A stretch of 64,000 bases of DNA from Macrostomum lignano (taxonomy: Eukaryota), in NCBI GenBank assembly GCA_002269645.1, contig NIVC01000035.1, positions 248,001 through 312,000 on the forward strand, given 5' to 3'. The translations under genes were made by a program, and so were the position numbers. Below are positions 45,131 to 61,222 of the stretch, one piece after another. Below the pieces are notes generated by a model. That model did no database searches and had not been told where the DNA came from. It worked only from the letters and a program-made list of their open reading frames with translations. Positions within the stretch are counted from its first letter, which is position 1. Each line of letters starts with the position of its first letter.

Positions 45131-45621
45131 TATGATAAGGCATTTAAGGCGATACCCAGGAGCAGACGAGTCTGCATACTTGAGCAATGCCTGTCGCTGT
45201 TTTTTCTTGTCTTGGACTCGTGACTCACACAGTCTTCACTCCCCATTCATATTTCAAGGTCCCGGCCTTCCCGCCAGGGGGCGGAGCCTCTATATGTAAG
45301 CAAACTTTGCTCAAGTCAACCAGAAAAAACCCATGGGCTCCGCTTCCCTTTCAATTGTCTCTGGTTTCTAAATTCTACGCTCTGAAATATGACCAAGTTA
45401 GCAAAACCAAACTCTGGCGTGATGCGGCAGTTTGTCAAGCAGATAAAAAGCAATCCTGGATAAAGTTTGGTGACCTTATTAACTTATCAGCGAGAATGTC
45501 GTTATTGTAAGACTATTTGCGGTCTGAATTGAATTTAATTCTTCAATTATTCAATGAAACTCAATCAAATAATTTTTGGTTTTTGTTTTTAATTTGTAAG
45601 GTATTTTGCTGCCTTAAACAG

Positions 45622-46322
45622 AGACGAGGAGAGAGGAGAGAGTAGAGAGGAGAGGGAGAGAGTAGAGAGGAGAGAGGAGAGAGGAGAGAGGAGTGAGGAG
45701 AGGGGAGAGGGAGAGAGGAGAGAGGAGAGGGGAGAGAGGAGAGAGGAGAGAGGAGAGAGGAGAGGGAGAAAGGAGAGAGGAGAGAAGAGAGAGGAGAGAG
45801 GAGAGAGGAGAGGGAGAAAGGAGAGAGGAGAGAAGAGAGAGGAGAGAGGAGAGAGGGGAGAGAGGAGAGAGGAGAGAGGAGAGAGGAGAGAGGAGAGGGG
45901 AGAGGGAGAGAGGAGAGAGGAGAGAGGAGAGGGGAGAGGGAGAAAGGAGAGAGGAGAGAAGAGAGAGGAGAGAGGAGAGAGGGGAGAGAAGAGAGGAGGG
46001 AGGGAGAGGAGAGAGGAGAGGGGAGAGGGAGAGAGGAGAGAGGAGAGAGGAGAGAGGGAAGAGAGAAGAGAAGTGAGGAGAAAGCGAGGGGAGAAAGGAG
46101 AGAGGAGAGTGGAGAGAGGAGAGGGAGAGAGGGGAGGGAGAAAGGAGAGAGCAATGGGAGAGGGGAGAGTGGAGAGAGGAGAGGGAGAGAGGGGAGGGAG
46201 AAAGGAGAGAGCAATGGGAGAGGGGAGAGTGGAGAGAGGAGAGGGATAGAGGGGAGGGAGAAAGGAGAGAGCAATGGGAGAGGGGAGAGAAGAGAGGTGA
46301 GAATCAGAAGAGAGAAGAGAGA
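45622..46322 (+). repeat. (GGAGA)n-type polypurine tract
   Basis: Direct inspection. Confidence 0.92.
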
Positions 46323-46330
46323 TGCCAGAT

Positions 46331-49300
46331 GAGCTGATGAGAAATGATGAATTTCTGTGTATGTGATTAGAACATGGCGATCATATTTTCATCAAGTACG
46401 GGTATTGGGTGTCAAATCCTTCAACAGTCGATTAACTTATATCTTTATAACTTGTGCAAGTTTAACATCCAACACACCGTGACTGAACCAAAAATGAAAG
46501 CCTGACTAAAATTTAAATAAAATAAAAGCAAGTTAGTTCTTGCTCCTTCATGATTAGGGATTTAAATTTTTTGCTTAAGCGAGCGAGCATAGTTTGAAAT
46601 CGAATTATAGTCGCTTGATTGACAGCAGCAGTTTTTTTTTGGGAGGAAGGGGGAGTTTTATCCCCCTAAACTCGTTTGTGGGTCTGGCTGGTAGGATGAG
46701 GCAGTTTGATGAGTTGGTAAACAAGCTCGAATCGAGTAAAGGTCGCCATTGGCTATTCAGCACCAGCCTCCAGAGCCATGCGACATCACTTAATTCATAT
46801 TGGATCGCCAGTTTTAATAGTTAGCCAAACAAACAAATTGGGGGGCTCCGGGGATTGACAGATGGGATGCGAGCTGAGCACAGTGTTTTATGATGCCTTA
46901 CATAATGTTGAAACGCATGCATCAAGCAGCAGGATGCCTGTGTTTTCTGAAGCCTTGAACTGCTCTCCGATGCTTCAGGAAGCCTAAACTTCAGTGTGTT
47001 GTAACCTACACTTCATGATACTGTAACCTACACTTCATGATACTGTAACCTACACTTCATGAAAATGTAACCTACACTTCATGAGACTGTAACCTACACT
47101 TCATGATACTGTAACCTACACTTCATGAGACTGTAACCTACACTTCATGATACTGTAACCTACACTTCATGAGACTGTAACCTACACTTCATGATACTGT
47201 AACCTACACTTCAGGATGCTGTAACCTACACTTCAGGACGTTGTAACTTACACTTCATAATACTGTAACCTACACTTCAGGATGTTGTAACCTACACTTC
47301 AGGATGCTGTAACCTACAATTCATGATACTGTAACCTACACTTCATGAGACTGTAACCTACACTTCATGATGCTGTAACCTACACTTCATGATACTGTAA
47401 CCTACACTTCATGATACTGTAACCTACACTTCATGATACTGTAACCTACACTTCATGATACTGTAACCTACACTTCATAATACTGTAACCTACACTTCAT
47501 GATACTGTAACCTACACTTCATGATGCTGTAACCTACACTTCATGATACTGTAACCTACACTTCATGATACTGTAACCTACACTTCATGATACTGTAACC
47601 TACACTTCATGATACTGTAACCTACACTTCATGATACTGTAACCTACACTTCATGATACTGTAACCTACACTTCATGATACTGTAACCTACACTTCATGA
47701 TACTGTAACCTACACTTCATGATACTGTAACCTACACTTCATGATACTGTAACCTACACTTCATGATGCTGTAACCTACACTTCATGATACTGTAACCTA
47801 CACTTCATGATACTGTAACCTACACTTCATGATACTGTAACCTACACTTCATGAGACTGTAACCTACACTTCAGGATGCTGTAACCTACACTTCATGATA
47901 CTGTAACCTACACTTCATGATACTGTAACCTACACTTCATGATACTGTAACCTACACTTCATGATACTGTAACCTACACTTCATGAGACTGTAACCTACA
48001 CTTCATGATACTGTAACCTACACTTCATGATACTGTAACCTACACTTCATGATACTGTAACCTACACTTCATGATACTGTAACCTACACTTCATGAAAAT
48101 GTAACCTACACTTCATGAGACTGTAACCTACACTTCATGAAGCTGTAACCTACACTTCATGATACTGTAACCTACACTTCATGATACTGTAACCTACACT
48201 TCATGAGACTGTAACCTACACTTCATGATACTGTAACCTACACTTCAGGATGCTGTAACCTACACTTCAGGACGTTGTAACTTACACTTCATAATACTGT
48301 AACCTACACTTCAGGATGTTGTAACCTACACTTCAGGATGCTGTAACCTATACTTCAGGATGTTGTAACCTACACTTCAGGACGTTGTAACTTACACTTC
48401 ATAATACTGTAACCTACACTTCAGGATGTTGTAACCTACACTTCAGGATGCTGTAACCTATACTTCAGGATGTTGTAACCTACACTTCAGGATGCTTTAA
48501 CCTATACTTCATAATACTGTAGCTTACACTTCATAATACTGTAACCTACACTTCAGGATGCTGTAACCTACACTTCAGGGTGCTGTAACCTACACTTCAG
48601 GGTGCTGTAACCTACACTTCAGGGTGCTGTAACCTACACTTCAGGATGCTGTAACCTACACTTCAGGATGCTGTAACCTACACTTCAGGGTGCTGTAACC
48701 TACACTTCAGGGTGCTGTAACCTACACTTCAGCTGATGAGAAATGATGAATTTCTGTGTATGTGATTAGAACATGGCGATCATATTTTCATCAAGTACGG
48801 GTATTGGGTGTCAAATCCTTCAACAGTCGATTAACTTATATCTTTATAACTTGTGCAAGTTTAACATCCAACACACCGTGACTGAACCAAAAATGAAAGC
48901 CTGACTAAAATTTGAATAAAATAAAAGCAAGTTAGTTCTTGCTCCTTCATGATTAGGGATTTAAATTTTTTGCTTAAGCGAGCGAGCATAGTTTGAAATC
49001 GAATTATAGTCGCTTGATTGACAGCAGCAGTTTTTTTTTGGGAGGAAGGGGGAGTTTTATCCCCCTAAACTCGTTTGTGGGTCTGGCTGGTAGGATGAGG
49101 CAGTTTGATGAGTTGGTAAACAAGCTCGAATCGAGTAAAGGTCGCCATTGGCTATTCAGCACCAGCCTCCAGAGCCATGCGACATCACTTAATTCATATT
49201 GGATCGCCAGTTTTAATAGTTAGCCAAACAAACAAATTGGGGGGCTCCGGGGGATTGACAGATGGGATGCGAGCTGATCACAGTGTTTTATGATGCCTTA

Positions 49301-50440
49301 CATAATGTTGAAACGCATGCATCAAGCAGCAGGATGCCTGTGTTTTCTGAAGCCTTGAACTGCTCTCCGATGCTTCAGGAAGCCTAAACTTCAGTGTGTT
49401 GTAACCTACACTTCATGATACTGTAACCTACACTTCATGATACTGTAACCTACACTTCATGAAAATGTAACCTACACTTCATGAGACTGTAACCTACACT
49501 TCATGATACTGTAACCTACACTTCATGAGACTGTAACCTACACTTCATGATACTGTAACCTACACTTCATGATACTGTAACCTACACTTCATGATACTGT
49601 AACCTACACTTCATGAGACTGTAACCTACACTTCATGATACTGTAACCTACACTTCATGATACTGTAACCTACACTTCATGATACTGTAACCTACACTTC
49701 ATGAGACTGTAACCTACACTTCATGATACTGTAACCTACACTTCATGATACTGTAACCTACACTTCATGATACTGTAACCTACACTTCATGATACTGTAA
49801 CCTACACTTCATGATACTGTAACCTACACTTCATGATACTGTAACCTACACTTCATGATACTGTAACCTACACTTCATGATACTGTAACCTACACTTCAT
49901 GATACTGTAACCTACACTTCAGGATGTTGTAACCTACACTTCAGGATGCTGTAACCTATACTTCAGGATGTTGTAACCTACACTTCAGGACGTTGTAACT
50001 TACACTTCATAATACTGTAACCTACACTTCAGGATGTTGTAACCTACACTTCAGGATGCTGTAACCTATACTTCAGGATGTTGTAACCTACACTTCAGGA
50101 TGCTTTAACCTATACTTCATAATACTGTAGCTTACACTTCATAATACTGTAACCTACACTTCAGGATGCTGTAACCTACACTTCAGGGTGCTGTAACCTA
50201 CACTTCAGGGTGCTGTAACCTACACTTCAGGGTGCTGTAACCTACACTTCAGGATGCTGTAACCTACACTTCAGGGTGCTGTAACCTACACTTCAGGGTG
50301 CTGTAACCTACACTTCAGGGTGCTGTAACCTACACTTCAGGGTGCTGTAACCTACACTTCAGGATGCTGTAACCTACACTTCAGGGTGCTGTATTCTATA
50401 CTTCAGGGTGCTGTATTCTATACTTCAGGGTGCTGTAACA
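46331..50440 (+). repeat. Tandem duplication (period 2399 bp): about 660 bp unique sequence plus a 22-bp minisatellite (ctgtaacctacacttcatgata) in each unit
   Basis: agctgatgagaaatgatg begins at about 46332 and 48731; identical ORFs at 46594 and 48993; arrays at about 46995-48731 and about 49395-50437. Confidence 0.95.
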
Positions 50441-51334
50441 TAAACCTTAAGAAGCTTCAACTTTACCCCACCCCCCAATCCTCGAGAATGAATCCACAAA
50501 GCCACTGCTACTATAAGTAGTTGATTCATTTCTGAGTGAAGAAACGGCCAAGCGCAAGCCCCATTGGTTGGCCAATCCCGACAGTCCTATCCAAGACCCA
50601 AACGCCCCCTAGTCTCAAAAACAATCTTTAAGAAGCGAGACAAAACTCTCAGAAGAAGCCTTAGCGGTATAAGCTTCATTCCTGTCATCGTTATTCGACA
50701 ATAATTTTTTTTAGCGACGATGACCACGCTTCTGGCTGACAGCGATACTGTGTGCTCAAGTGCTCGGTGAGTCCGTATATGAGAGTTGATATATTAATGC
50801 TCAGTGTGGAAGTCTTGTGTATCTGCTGCGGCTCAATACCGTTAAGGTCTGAGAAGGAACAGCAGTAAACGCAAGCTATAATGGGGGGGGGGCTGAGACA
50901 GACTGTGAAGAGACAAAAACTTGGCACTGAAATGCAGACTTAGTGAAACAAGAAATGGACAGTGCTTTCAAGAAGCGCCCACATAACTGTGTATTATATG
51001 GACAATGGGATTGATCAATGCATGCATGGCTTCACTGGGTTTGCAATACTTCATTTTTATGGCAGCATAGAGGGCTGGGAGGGCGCTTTCTCAGCATGCT
51101 TGGTGAATAACAACACTGCAGCAGCAGAGTTACTGCTTTTTAGCTGCTGTTTCTCATTTTCTATTGCTGCTGGGGCTGTCTGCAAATTCTAGCAGGCCTT
51201 TCTCTGGCCAGCCGCCTTTTTAGGTGTTGTTAAAGACTTGAATAACCAAACAAATGCAATCTTTTATGAAAAACTGGTGTCAATGGATTGTTTTATACTC
51301 TTGTTCACACTTATTCTGCCATACAGGATCTGTT

Positions 51335-51635
51335 CCTCACTCTCCTCTCCCTGCTCCCCCTGTCTCATCTCCTCTCTCTGCTCCCCCTGTCTCATCTCCT
51401 CTCTCTGTTCTCCCCCTGTCTCATCTCCTCTCCCTGCTCCCCCTGTCTCATCTCCTCTCCCTGCTCCCCCTGTCTCATCTCTTCTCTCTCTGTTCTCCTT
51501 GTCTCATCTCTTCTCTCTCTGCTCTCCCTGTCTCAACTCCTCTCTCTCTGCTCTCCCTGTCTCATCTCCTCTCTGCTCTCCCTGTCTCATCTCCTCTCTC
51601 TGTTCTCCCTGTCTCAACTCCTCTCCCTCTGCTCT
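51335..51635 (+). repeat. CT-rich about 25-bp tandem repeat (ctcctctctctgctccccctgtctcat type)
   Basis: Direct inspection. Confidence 0.88.
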
Positions 51636-52114
51636 GCTAAAGCAAAAAACGAAAATGCTTTTTGGCACTGTTCCGATCTATCGTATCGTCATATCGATAG
51701 CACAATAAAGGTTGGATGGTCCAGCACACATCAAGAGGGATTATACAAGTGCGACTCATGCTGACGACCTCATTCTGACTGATTGCTATCTTTTCTCCTC
51801 TTTCGCTACAACGCATCGACGCTTCATCCGGTTTTGTTATGCATATGGGGTGAGGTGAAAGGTGTACTGGGCTGTGGTACAAGGAAATGTTAATTATAGA
51901 TACATTTCGATATACACTTTGACATCAGCGATGCTTTTTATTAATATTTGACTCTATTAATGATATGTGACAAGCAGTATTAATAATGATGATGAAAGTT
52001 CCATAGCAATAATGCTAGAGATGGGTTGAAATATTGCGTGCTACTGGGAAGAGAAAGTATTAAGCGCATTTAATCTCAGGTAAAGCCCTCACAATCTCGC
52101 GTCTCCACTGATCT

Positions 52115-53601
52115 GTCTACTCTCCTCTCCTTCCTCTCCTCTCCTCTCCTCTCCTCTCCTCTCCACTCCTCTCCTCCTCTCCTCTCCTGTCCTCTCCTCT
52201 CATCTCATCTCCTCTCCTCTCCTCTCCTCTCCTCTCCTCTCCTCTCCTCTCCTCTCCTCTCCTCTCCTCTCCTCTCCTCTCCTCTCCTCTCCTCTCCTCT
52301 CCTCTCCTCTCCTTTCCTCTCCTCTCATCTCCTCTCCTCTCCTCTCATCTCCTCTCCTCTCCTCTCCTCTCCTCTCCTCTCCTCTCCTCTCCTCTCCTCT
52401 CCTCTCCTCTCATCTCCTCTCCTCTCCTCTCCTCTCATCTCCTCTCCTCTCCTCTCCTCTCCTCTCCTCTCCTCTCCTCTCCTCTCCTCCTCTCCTCTCC
52501 TCTCCTCTCCTCTCCTCTCCTCTCCTCTCCTTTCCTCTCCTCTCATCTCCTCTCCTCTCCTCTCATCTCCTCTCCTCTCCTCTCCTCTCCTCTCCTCTCC
52601 TCTCCTCTCCTCTCCTCTCCTCTCATCTCCTCTCTCTCTCCTCTCCTCTCATCTCCTCTCCTCTCCTCTCCTCTCCTCTCCTCTCCTCTCCTCTCCTCTC
52701 ATCTCCTCTCCTCTCCTCTCCTCTCCTCTCCTCTCCTCTCCTCTCCTCTCCTCTCCTCTCTCCTCTCCTCTCCTCTCCTCTCCTCTCCTCTCCTCTCCTC
52801 TCCTCTCCTCTCCTCTCCTCTCCTCTCCTCTCCTCTCCTCTCCTCTCCTCTCCTCTCCTCTCCTCTCCTCTCCTCTCCTCTCCTCTCCTCTCATCTCCTC
52901 TCCTCTCCTCTCCTCTCCTCTCCTCTCCTCTCCTCTCCTCTCCTTTCCTCTCCTCTCATCTCCTCTCCTCTCCTCTCATCTCCTCTCCTCTCCTCTCCTC
53001 TCCTCTCCTCTCCTCTCCTCTCCTCTCCTCTCCTCTCATCTCCTCTCCTCTCCTCTCCTCTCATCTCCTCTCCTCTCCTCTCCTCTCCTCTCCTCTCCTC
53101 TCCTCTCCTCTCATCTCCTCTCCTCTCCTCTCCTCTCCTCTCCTCTCCTCTCCTCTCCTCTCCTCTCCTCTCCTCTCATCTCCTCTCCTCTCCTCTCCTC
53201 TCCTCTCCTCTCCTCTCCTCTCCTCTCCTCTCCTCTCCTCTCCTCTCCTCTCCTCTCCTCTCCTCTCTCCTCTCCTCTCCTCTCCTCTCCTCTCCTCTCC
53301 TCTCATCTCTCTCTCTCTCTCCTCTCCTCTCCTCTCCTCTCCTCTCCTCTCCTCTCCTCTCCTCTCCTCTCCTCTCCTCTCCTCTCCTCTCCTCTCCTCT
53401 CCTCTCCTCTCCTCTCCTCTCCTCTCCTCTCCTCTCTCTCCTCTCCTCTCCTCTCCTCTCCTCTCCTCTCCTCTCCTCTCCTCTCCTCTCTCTCCTCTCA
53501 TCTCATCTCCTCTCCTCTCCTCTCCTCTCCTCTCCTCTCCTCTCCTCTCCTCTCCTCTCCTCTCCTCTCCTCTCCTCTCCTCTCCTCTCCTCTCATCTCC
53601 C
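52115..53601 (+). repeat. (CTCCT)n polypyrimidine satellite, about 1.5 kb
   Basis: Direct inspection. Confidence 0.96.
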
Positions 53602-54348
53602 TTACCAGTTCCTTTTCCATCATGCATAAATCGATTATTGACTTAACCGTCCGCACGCACTTGCATAATCTTCCATACCAATAAAGGACTCACAGACCCT
53701 AACACTCTCAAGACATAAATAAATCACCATCACTCAAGTTAAATAATTGATCAGCCACTTCAATATGCAGTTTTTAATAATTTCCACTGCTTTCATTTGC
53801 CAGAAACGCTAGAATGCACTTAAATATTCTTTCAGTGTTGCAATTAAGTGAATCTGTCTCAAGATGGGTTGATTATATCCGAGTGCAATCATTTTTGATA
53901 ATCAGTTTGGGCTCCGATGCAAGTCCGGATCTCACGGAGGCAAAGCATGTTTCTTTTTTTCTGGGGATTCACTCGCGAAAGCAGCTCCCGACAAGCTCGT
54001 TCGATATAAGTTCCATTTCTGTCTAATATTTCCTAGGTAAGTTGCTTACCATCCATAGTCCGAGAGGAGAATGGAATAAATGACTGGGCCTTCTGACGCA
54101 CCTAAATTCACCCCGAGAGCGTCAGATGCTGGCTGATGATAAACCCCGATTGTGCAAAGCTCCTCACAGATCCTTTCCGATATTATGAACATCCTGTGGG
54201 TTCGGATTCCAGGTCACGACAGCAATTTCTGGTAGAATTTAGGTTTATGCATTTGCCAATATAGATTTTCCTTCGAATTCCTGCCAAATTCCATGACCTT
54301 TTATGCTTTTTACTTATTACTTATTTATTGTGTTTTTTTCTGCGACAT

Positions 54349-56404
<2,056 letters not shown>

Positions 56405-56898
56405 TGGAACATTTTTACCTGCCGATGCAGCACCTCGTGCACGAATATTATTAAATTTCGGTGGTTTCAAATCCCTACCCTTACAAAGACCACTGAAGCA
56501 GTCAGCCTCCTGCATTCTTGGAATCCTATAAAATATTAAGGAATTTTCACCACCCGCGTGTCAGGCAGGCGTGACAACTGACAATATAAATTGTGTTGGG
56601 CAAAAGCATTTTTATAATGTCATGTCAAAACCCTATGCGCTCGCATAAGGCAATGTAGAGGTGTGTGAGCCCAGCTTTAGATAAATTTTAATATGCTAAG
56701 CGTGGAGAAGGAAAGTGTCGAGTTGCGTAATAATCAAATTTTCGGGCGCGTAGAGCAGCGGGGTGCCGGCTGAGGTTGGGGACTAAAGGCAAATAGAATG
56801 TTCTCCCGGCGAACAATGGGCCATGAACTCGCTAGCTGCTTGAGGTGGAATGGAATTTCGCGAAACGAATTTTGACAAATATTGCAAGCTGCTGTGCA

Positions 56899-56993
56899 TG
56901 ACGTCAAGTTTTACCTTACAGTTATGGATCTTAACAACCAAATCAATATATAATTGTAATAAGGAATTATGAGTCGTCATGACAACTATATAA
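56899..56993 (+). promoter_or_regulatory. Candidate promoter: palindromic CRE (TGACGTCA 56899-56906) and TATA box (TATATAA 56987-56993)
   Basis: Consensus matches in the expected order upstream of a signal-peptide exon. Confidence 0.45.
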
Positions 56994-57122
56994 GCTTGAA
57001 ACAGTTCAAATGTCTGCCGCCCAACATTTTCTTTCAGAACTGATTAATTCAAAGTCTGGCTTTGAAATCGAGGTTTCTCAACGAGAAATTCTTCACTCTT
57101 CTTGAAGCAGCAATTGAAGACA

Positions 57123-57189
57123 ATGTGGAGTGAAACGATTAAGGCTGCATTTCTGCTGCTGGCTGCAGTTACGGTCTTAGTCTTTCAAG
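57123..57189 (+). CDS. Candidate first coding exon of a secreted protein (MWSETIKAAFLLLAAVTVLVFQ); downstream exons unresolved
   Basis: gacaATG, n-region Lys followed by a 14-residue hydrophobic core, perfect phase-1 donor AAG|GTAAGT. Confidence 0.55.
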
Positions 57190-60100
57190 GTAAGTTTTTT
57201 GTTTTAATTTATAACTGATTTTCTTAGCCCAGTCTCTTTGTAAACTTGTTTAACCAATCAGATTTGTTCTGGGGTTAGTTTGTATGTACAGCTGAGTGTG
57301 ATTCCCCACTGTACACTGATATCGCCACTAAATAGCTTTTCAAAGCTGCACCAATTAGAATTACATGAGGACGAGTGAGAAGAGTACAAAGCTAAATGTA
57401 CATTTCCCCAACTTGTATACAGTGAGAAAGGAATTAAACAAATACATGTACATTTGACAAATCGTTGATGTACATTTTCATTGCCCCAGCGCCAGGACAT
57501 TGCAGTAATAAAACAACTCACGAGTACAAAGTGAATACTTAAAACAAAAAGGCCGGAATTTATTATTATATAGAATCGTGATTTGTCAGTCCTCCCCTGA
57601 CAAAAAATCGATAAACAAAACGATGCAACGCAAGCAAAAGGAACTGTATATTTTGGATGGCACCCAATTATTTCTTCTCTGTCCAAATTGGAAAGACAAC
57701 AGTCCAAGTTTAGATGTGCTCTCTGTACTTTTGGTGCTTTTTTCTGGCACGTTATTCAACTATATAGAACGTGTGAAAGTTTTGACAGCTCTGCGCTGCT
57801 AAACTTAAGCCCCTTTATAAATAGACATTCAGGGAGATTTCCTAGAAAGTCGCAGTTCGTAGCTGTGTGTTCAAAGTTCGAACTTTCATTAGACATTCGC
57901 GCTAACAACGTTAACGTAAATGTATAAATGTGTGTTTCTTTCATCTGACAGACCACACACGCACACACGCACACACTACCACTGCATTAGGGGTAACTTT
58001 TCTCTTCTGCAAAGATAGGGAAGTTTTCATCAAATTTGGTTGTGCAGTCTTTCGCTGAATTTTTATTAACTAAAATATCGTGGGACGAATTTGGCGAGAA
58101 TCTTTTTTATTATCATTGTCTCGACTGGACGATCTGGCTAGGATTGAGGATTTATTTTTCTTTTATTACTTTTCCGCTTTTTACCAAAACTCCATCTCTA
58201 CCTCCATTATTATTGTTTTTCTTCTTGTGCGTCCGTTTTAACTTTCAGTTTCTGCTGTATAGATAGTGGGGTTGGGGTTTGTATAGAAAGAGTTTTAAAG
58301 CAATACTGCAGTAAGAGCCACCGACAACCAAGGTATATAGAAATAAAAAGTTGGGATTGAAATTGCGAACTAGGAAAACGACGTCCACCTGTTGCAAATC
58401 GACCACCGATTGCCGCGTATTGTTTTTTCGGCATAACCGCCACCTATCTATATAAATAATATATACAGTGGCTAGAACAATATTGTAGAAAACGGACTAG
58501 AGATGAACTTTTAAACGATTGCTTCTTAAGAAGCGAAAATTGCTTGTTTTAGTGCAAAATTTTTAATTTGAAATAAACGCTTTTTGAACAAAATTCGAAT
58601 TCTTAAATCAGAGTTTCAACTATAATTAATTGCTAATCATCATTATCTAGTCTAGATTCTAGAATATTTAATTCCCAGATCAAATGAATGAATGATGGAC
58701 TAATGGACTACTGCTGTGCCGAAAAAAAAGTGTTGATAAATATCTTGTGGCCATGGCTGGCTTCTTTCCAGGCTCTTACAGAACTATAATATATCAACAG
58801 GCAGTCGCCACTCTCCAACACCACTTATCCTATACCAGTACCAAATAAAAGCCGTCCATCTAAGCTTCAAAAATCTCAACCGCGTTCGCTTTGTTTTCCA
58901 AAGCGCCAGGATCCGATTAGATAATGGCGTTAGACTGATTAATGATCTGCTAATAGCTCCTCCCCTCCTCTTACACTATTGCTATAGTTCCATCTGATTT
59001 CACCATTCCAGCACTCAGTCATTTCAAAGCCGAATTCTAGCACAATCTGCCTGTCTGCGTGGCGCTTCGCGTTAGGCGTTCATTCCATTGCTATTAATTA
59101 TCCTTCCGCTTATCGGTGGACCCCCTCCTGCCTGGCCGTTCGCAGAGTTTCACACTTTGGAACTGAACTGAACCGCCTCCCGCTCAGTCATTAACTTTAC
59201 TCTCACTCTGCCTTCCTCACAAGTTTAGGGGGGATCGGCGCTTGGAGCGTTTGGGGTGGTGGCCAATTTTATTCCCGGCCAGCGAACCGACCACCCACCA
59301 CCCCACAAGACAAAACAACAACCCCCTCAGCCCCGCCTTCACCGCCCGATAATCGCTGTCATTAATTTTACAAGCTCCTATTAACTTCGGCACGGAGGGC
59401 CGAGCCAGGACAGATGGAGCATGGCATGGGTTTAGTAAATTAGGCCGATTCGTTTTTTGGCTTATAGTATACTCGTTATATTAGTTCTAGCTCCGTAGTA
59501 TTTGAAATTATTGTTAGGGTATTGGATTTGTTTTGGTTCAGTTGGCTCGTTGTGCCAGACTCAGATTAGCGCCAAACTTGTTGTGCTTTGTAGTAGCTTT
59601 TTGAAAGTCGTATTATTAAAAGCAGTAGTTTCAACTTTCCACAGTCATCTTCATCTCCTCTAAGACAAGACAGTTTCCATTTTAAGAATCTTTGTGGACA
59701 TCCCTTTATCAGTATTCATTCCCCTCTAGCTACGCACAGTAAAATATAACTTATGCAGACTGTGGATAATAAGTAGTAATTATAGTATCCATAAAAAACT
59801 ACGCACCGAGACTCTGGAGTCGTTAAATGCGGAACTGAACAGAGCATATGGCGGGCAATAGAATTGGTCATCTGTGATGCTATAGCGCGCAAAAAAAACC
59901 GAAATAAATTAGTTGGACTCACGCTCTGATAATCTATATTTATCTATCGATATTCGAACAGTTTGAACTCGAATGTTGAAACGGACAGATGGTTCGTAGG
60001 ATTCTTTATGACCGCTATATGTCTGCTGGGTACCACCAACGGAGTTAAAGGGCCGATAGACTGAAATTAAATAGAGACAAGACAAAGATAGGGTCGGGCG

Positions 60101-60667
60101 AGAGTGAGCAGCGAGTATGAGTCGAGTGGAGCAGCGTCGGACGTCAGACGAGCACGTGGGCTGAAGCTATTATTTATGCAAAAGCTTTATTGCCTCCGTG
60201 TCGCACTCGCACGGATAAAATTTATCTGATAATTTTCATCTTTCAACGCTTAAACCTATAAGTTGAGGTTCTGACTAATAAACCTTACAAACAGTGTATA
60301 GTAAATTATAATAACAAACAACACAACTAATACTACGAATATTCGAAAGTCATCTCTTAGACCCGCAAAGTTATCGAGCTGGAGGGCATTTAAAACTTGA
60401 GTTTAGCATCCTTTTCTATATAGGTTTTCAATCTAATTTTGTTAAAATATACGCTCGTACGAGCTACGAGTTAGACCCATTCGGTTATTCGAGCGCAATG
60501 GTTAGGGACACGTTTCATAAATCTATAAGTTTATCTTGTAAAGTCAAGGGCCATGCGTTATTTTTATAGTTGCTCGCGTATTAAGAATTTTCCTGCTTTA
60601 TTTCTGTAATAGCATTCTCAAGCTCACTTTAATTTTAAGCCAAAACTTTTTAATAATCCGTGACTAT

Positions 60668-61060
60668 AGATGATATCATTGATGACATGATACCCTTGAC
60701 TAGGTGATAACATTGATGACATGATACCCTTGACTAGGTGATAACATTGATGACATGATACCCTTGACTAGGTGATAACATTGATGACATGATACCCTTG
60801 ACTAGGTGATAACATTGATGACATGATACCCTTGACTAGGTGATAACATTGATGACATGATACCCTTGACTAGGTGATAACATTGATGACATGATACCCT
60901 TGACTAGGTGATAACATTGATGACATGATACCCTTGACTAGGTGATAACATTGATGACATGATACCCTTGACTAGGTGATAACATTGATGACATGATACC
61001 CTTGACTAGGTGATATCATTGATGACATGATACCCTTGACTAGGTGATAACATTGATAAC
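60668..61060 (+). repeat. 34-bp minisatellite, about 11.5 copies
   Basis: Unit gataacattgatgacatgatacccttgactaggt. Confidence 0.96.
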
Positions 61061-61105
61061 ATACAAATACCCGTAGCTAGGTGATGCCCTTGATGAGAGG
61101 ATATA

Positions 61106-61222
61106 GGACGACCACAGGACACCCTCGACCACAGGACACCCTCGACCACAGGACATCCTCGACCACAGGACACCCTCGACCACAGGACATCCTCGACCAC
61201 AGGACAACCTCGACCACAGGAC
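61106..61222 (+). repeat. 17-bp minisatellite, about 7 copies
   Basis: Unit gaccacaggacaccctc. Confidence 0.92.

Noticed and set aside
46594-49223. Duplicated 76-aa ORFs
   Set aside because: TTG start, no motif or splice support; identical only because of the tandem duplication.
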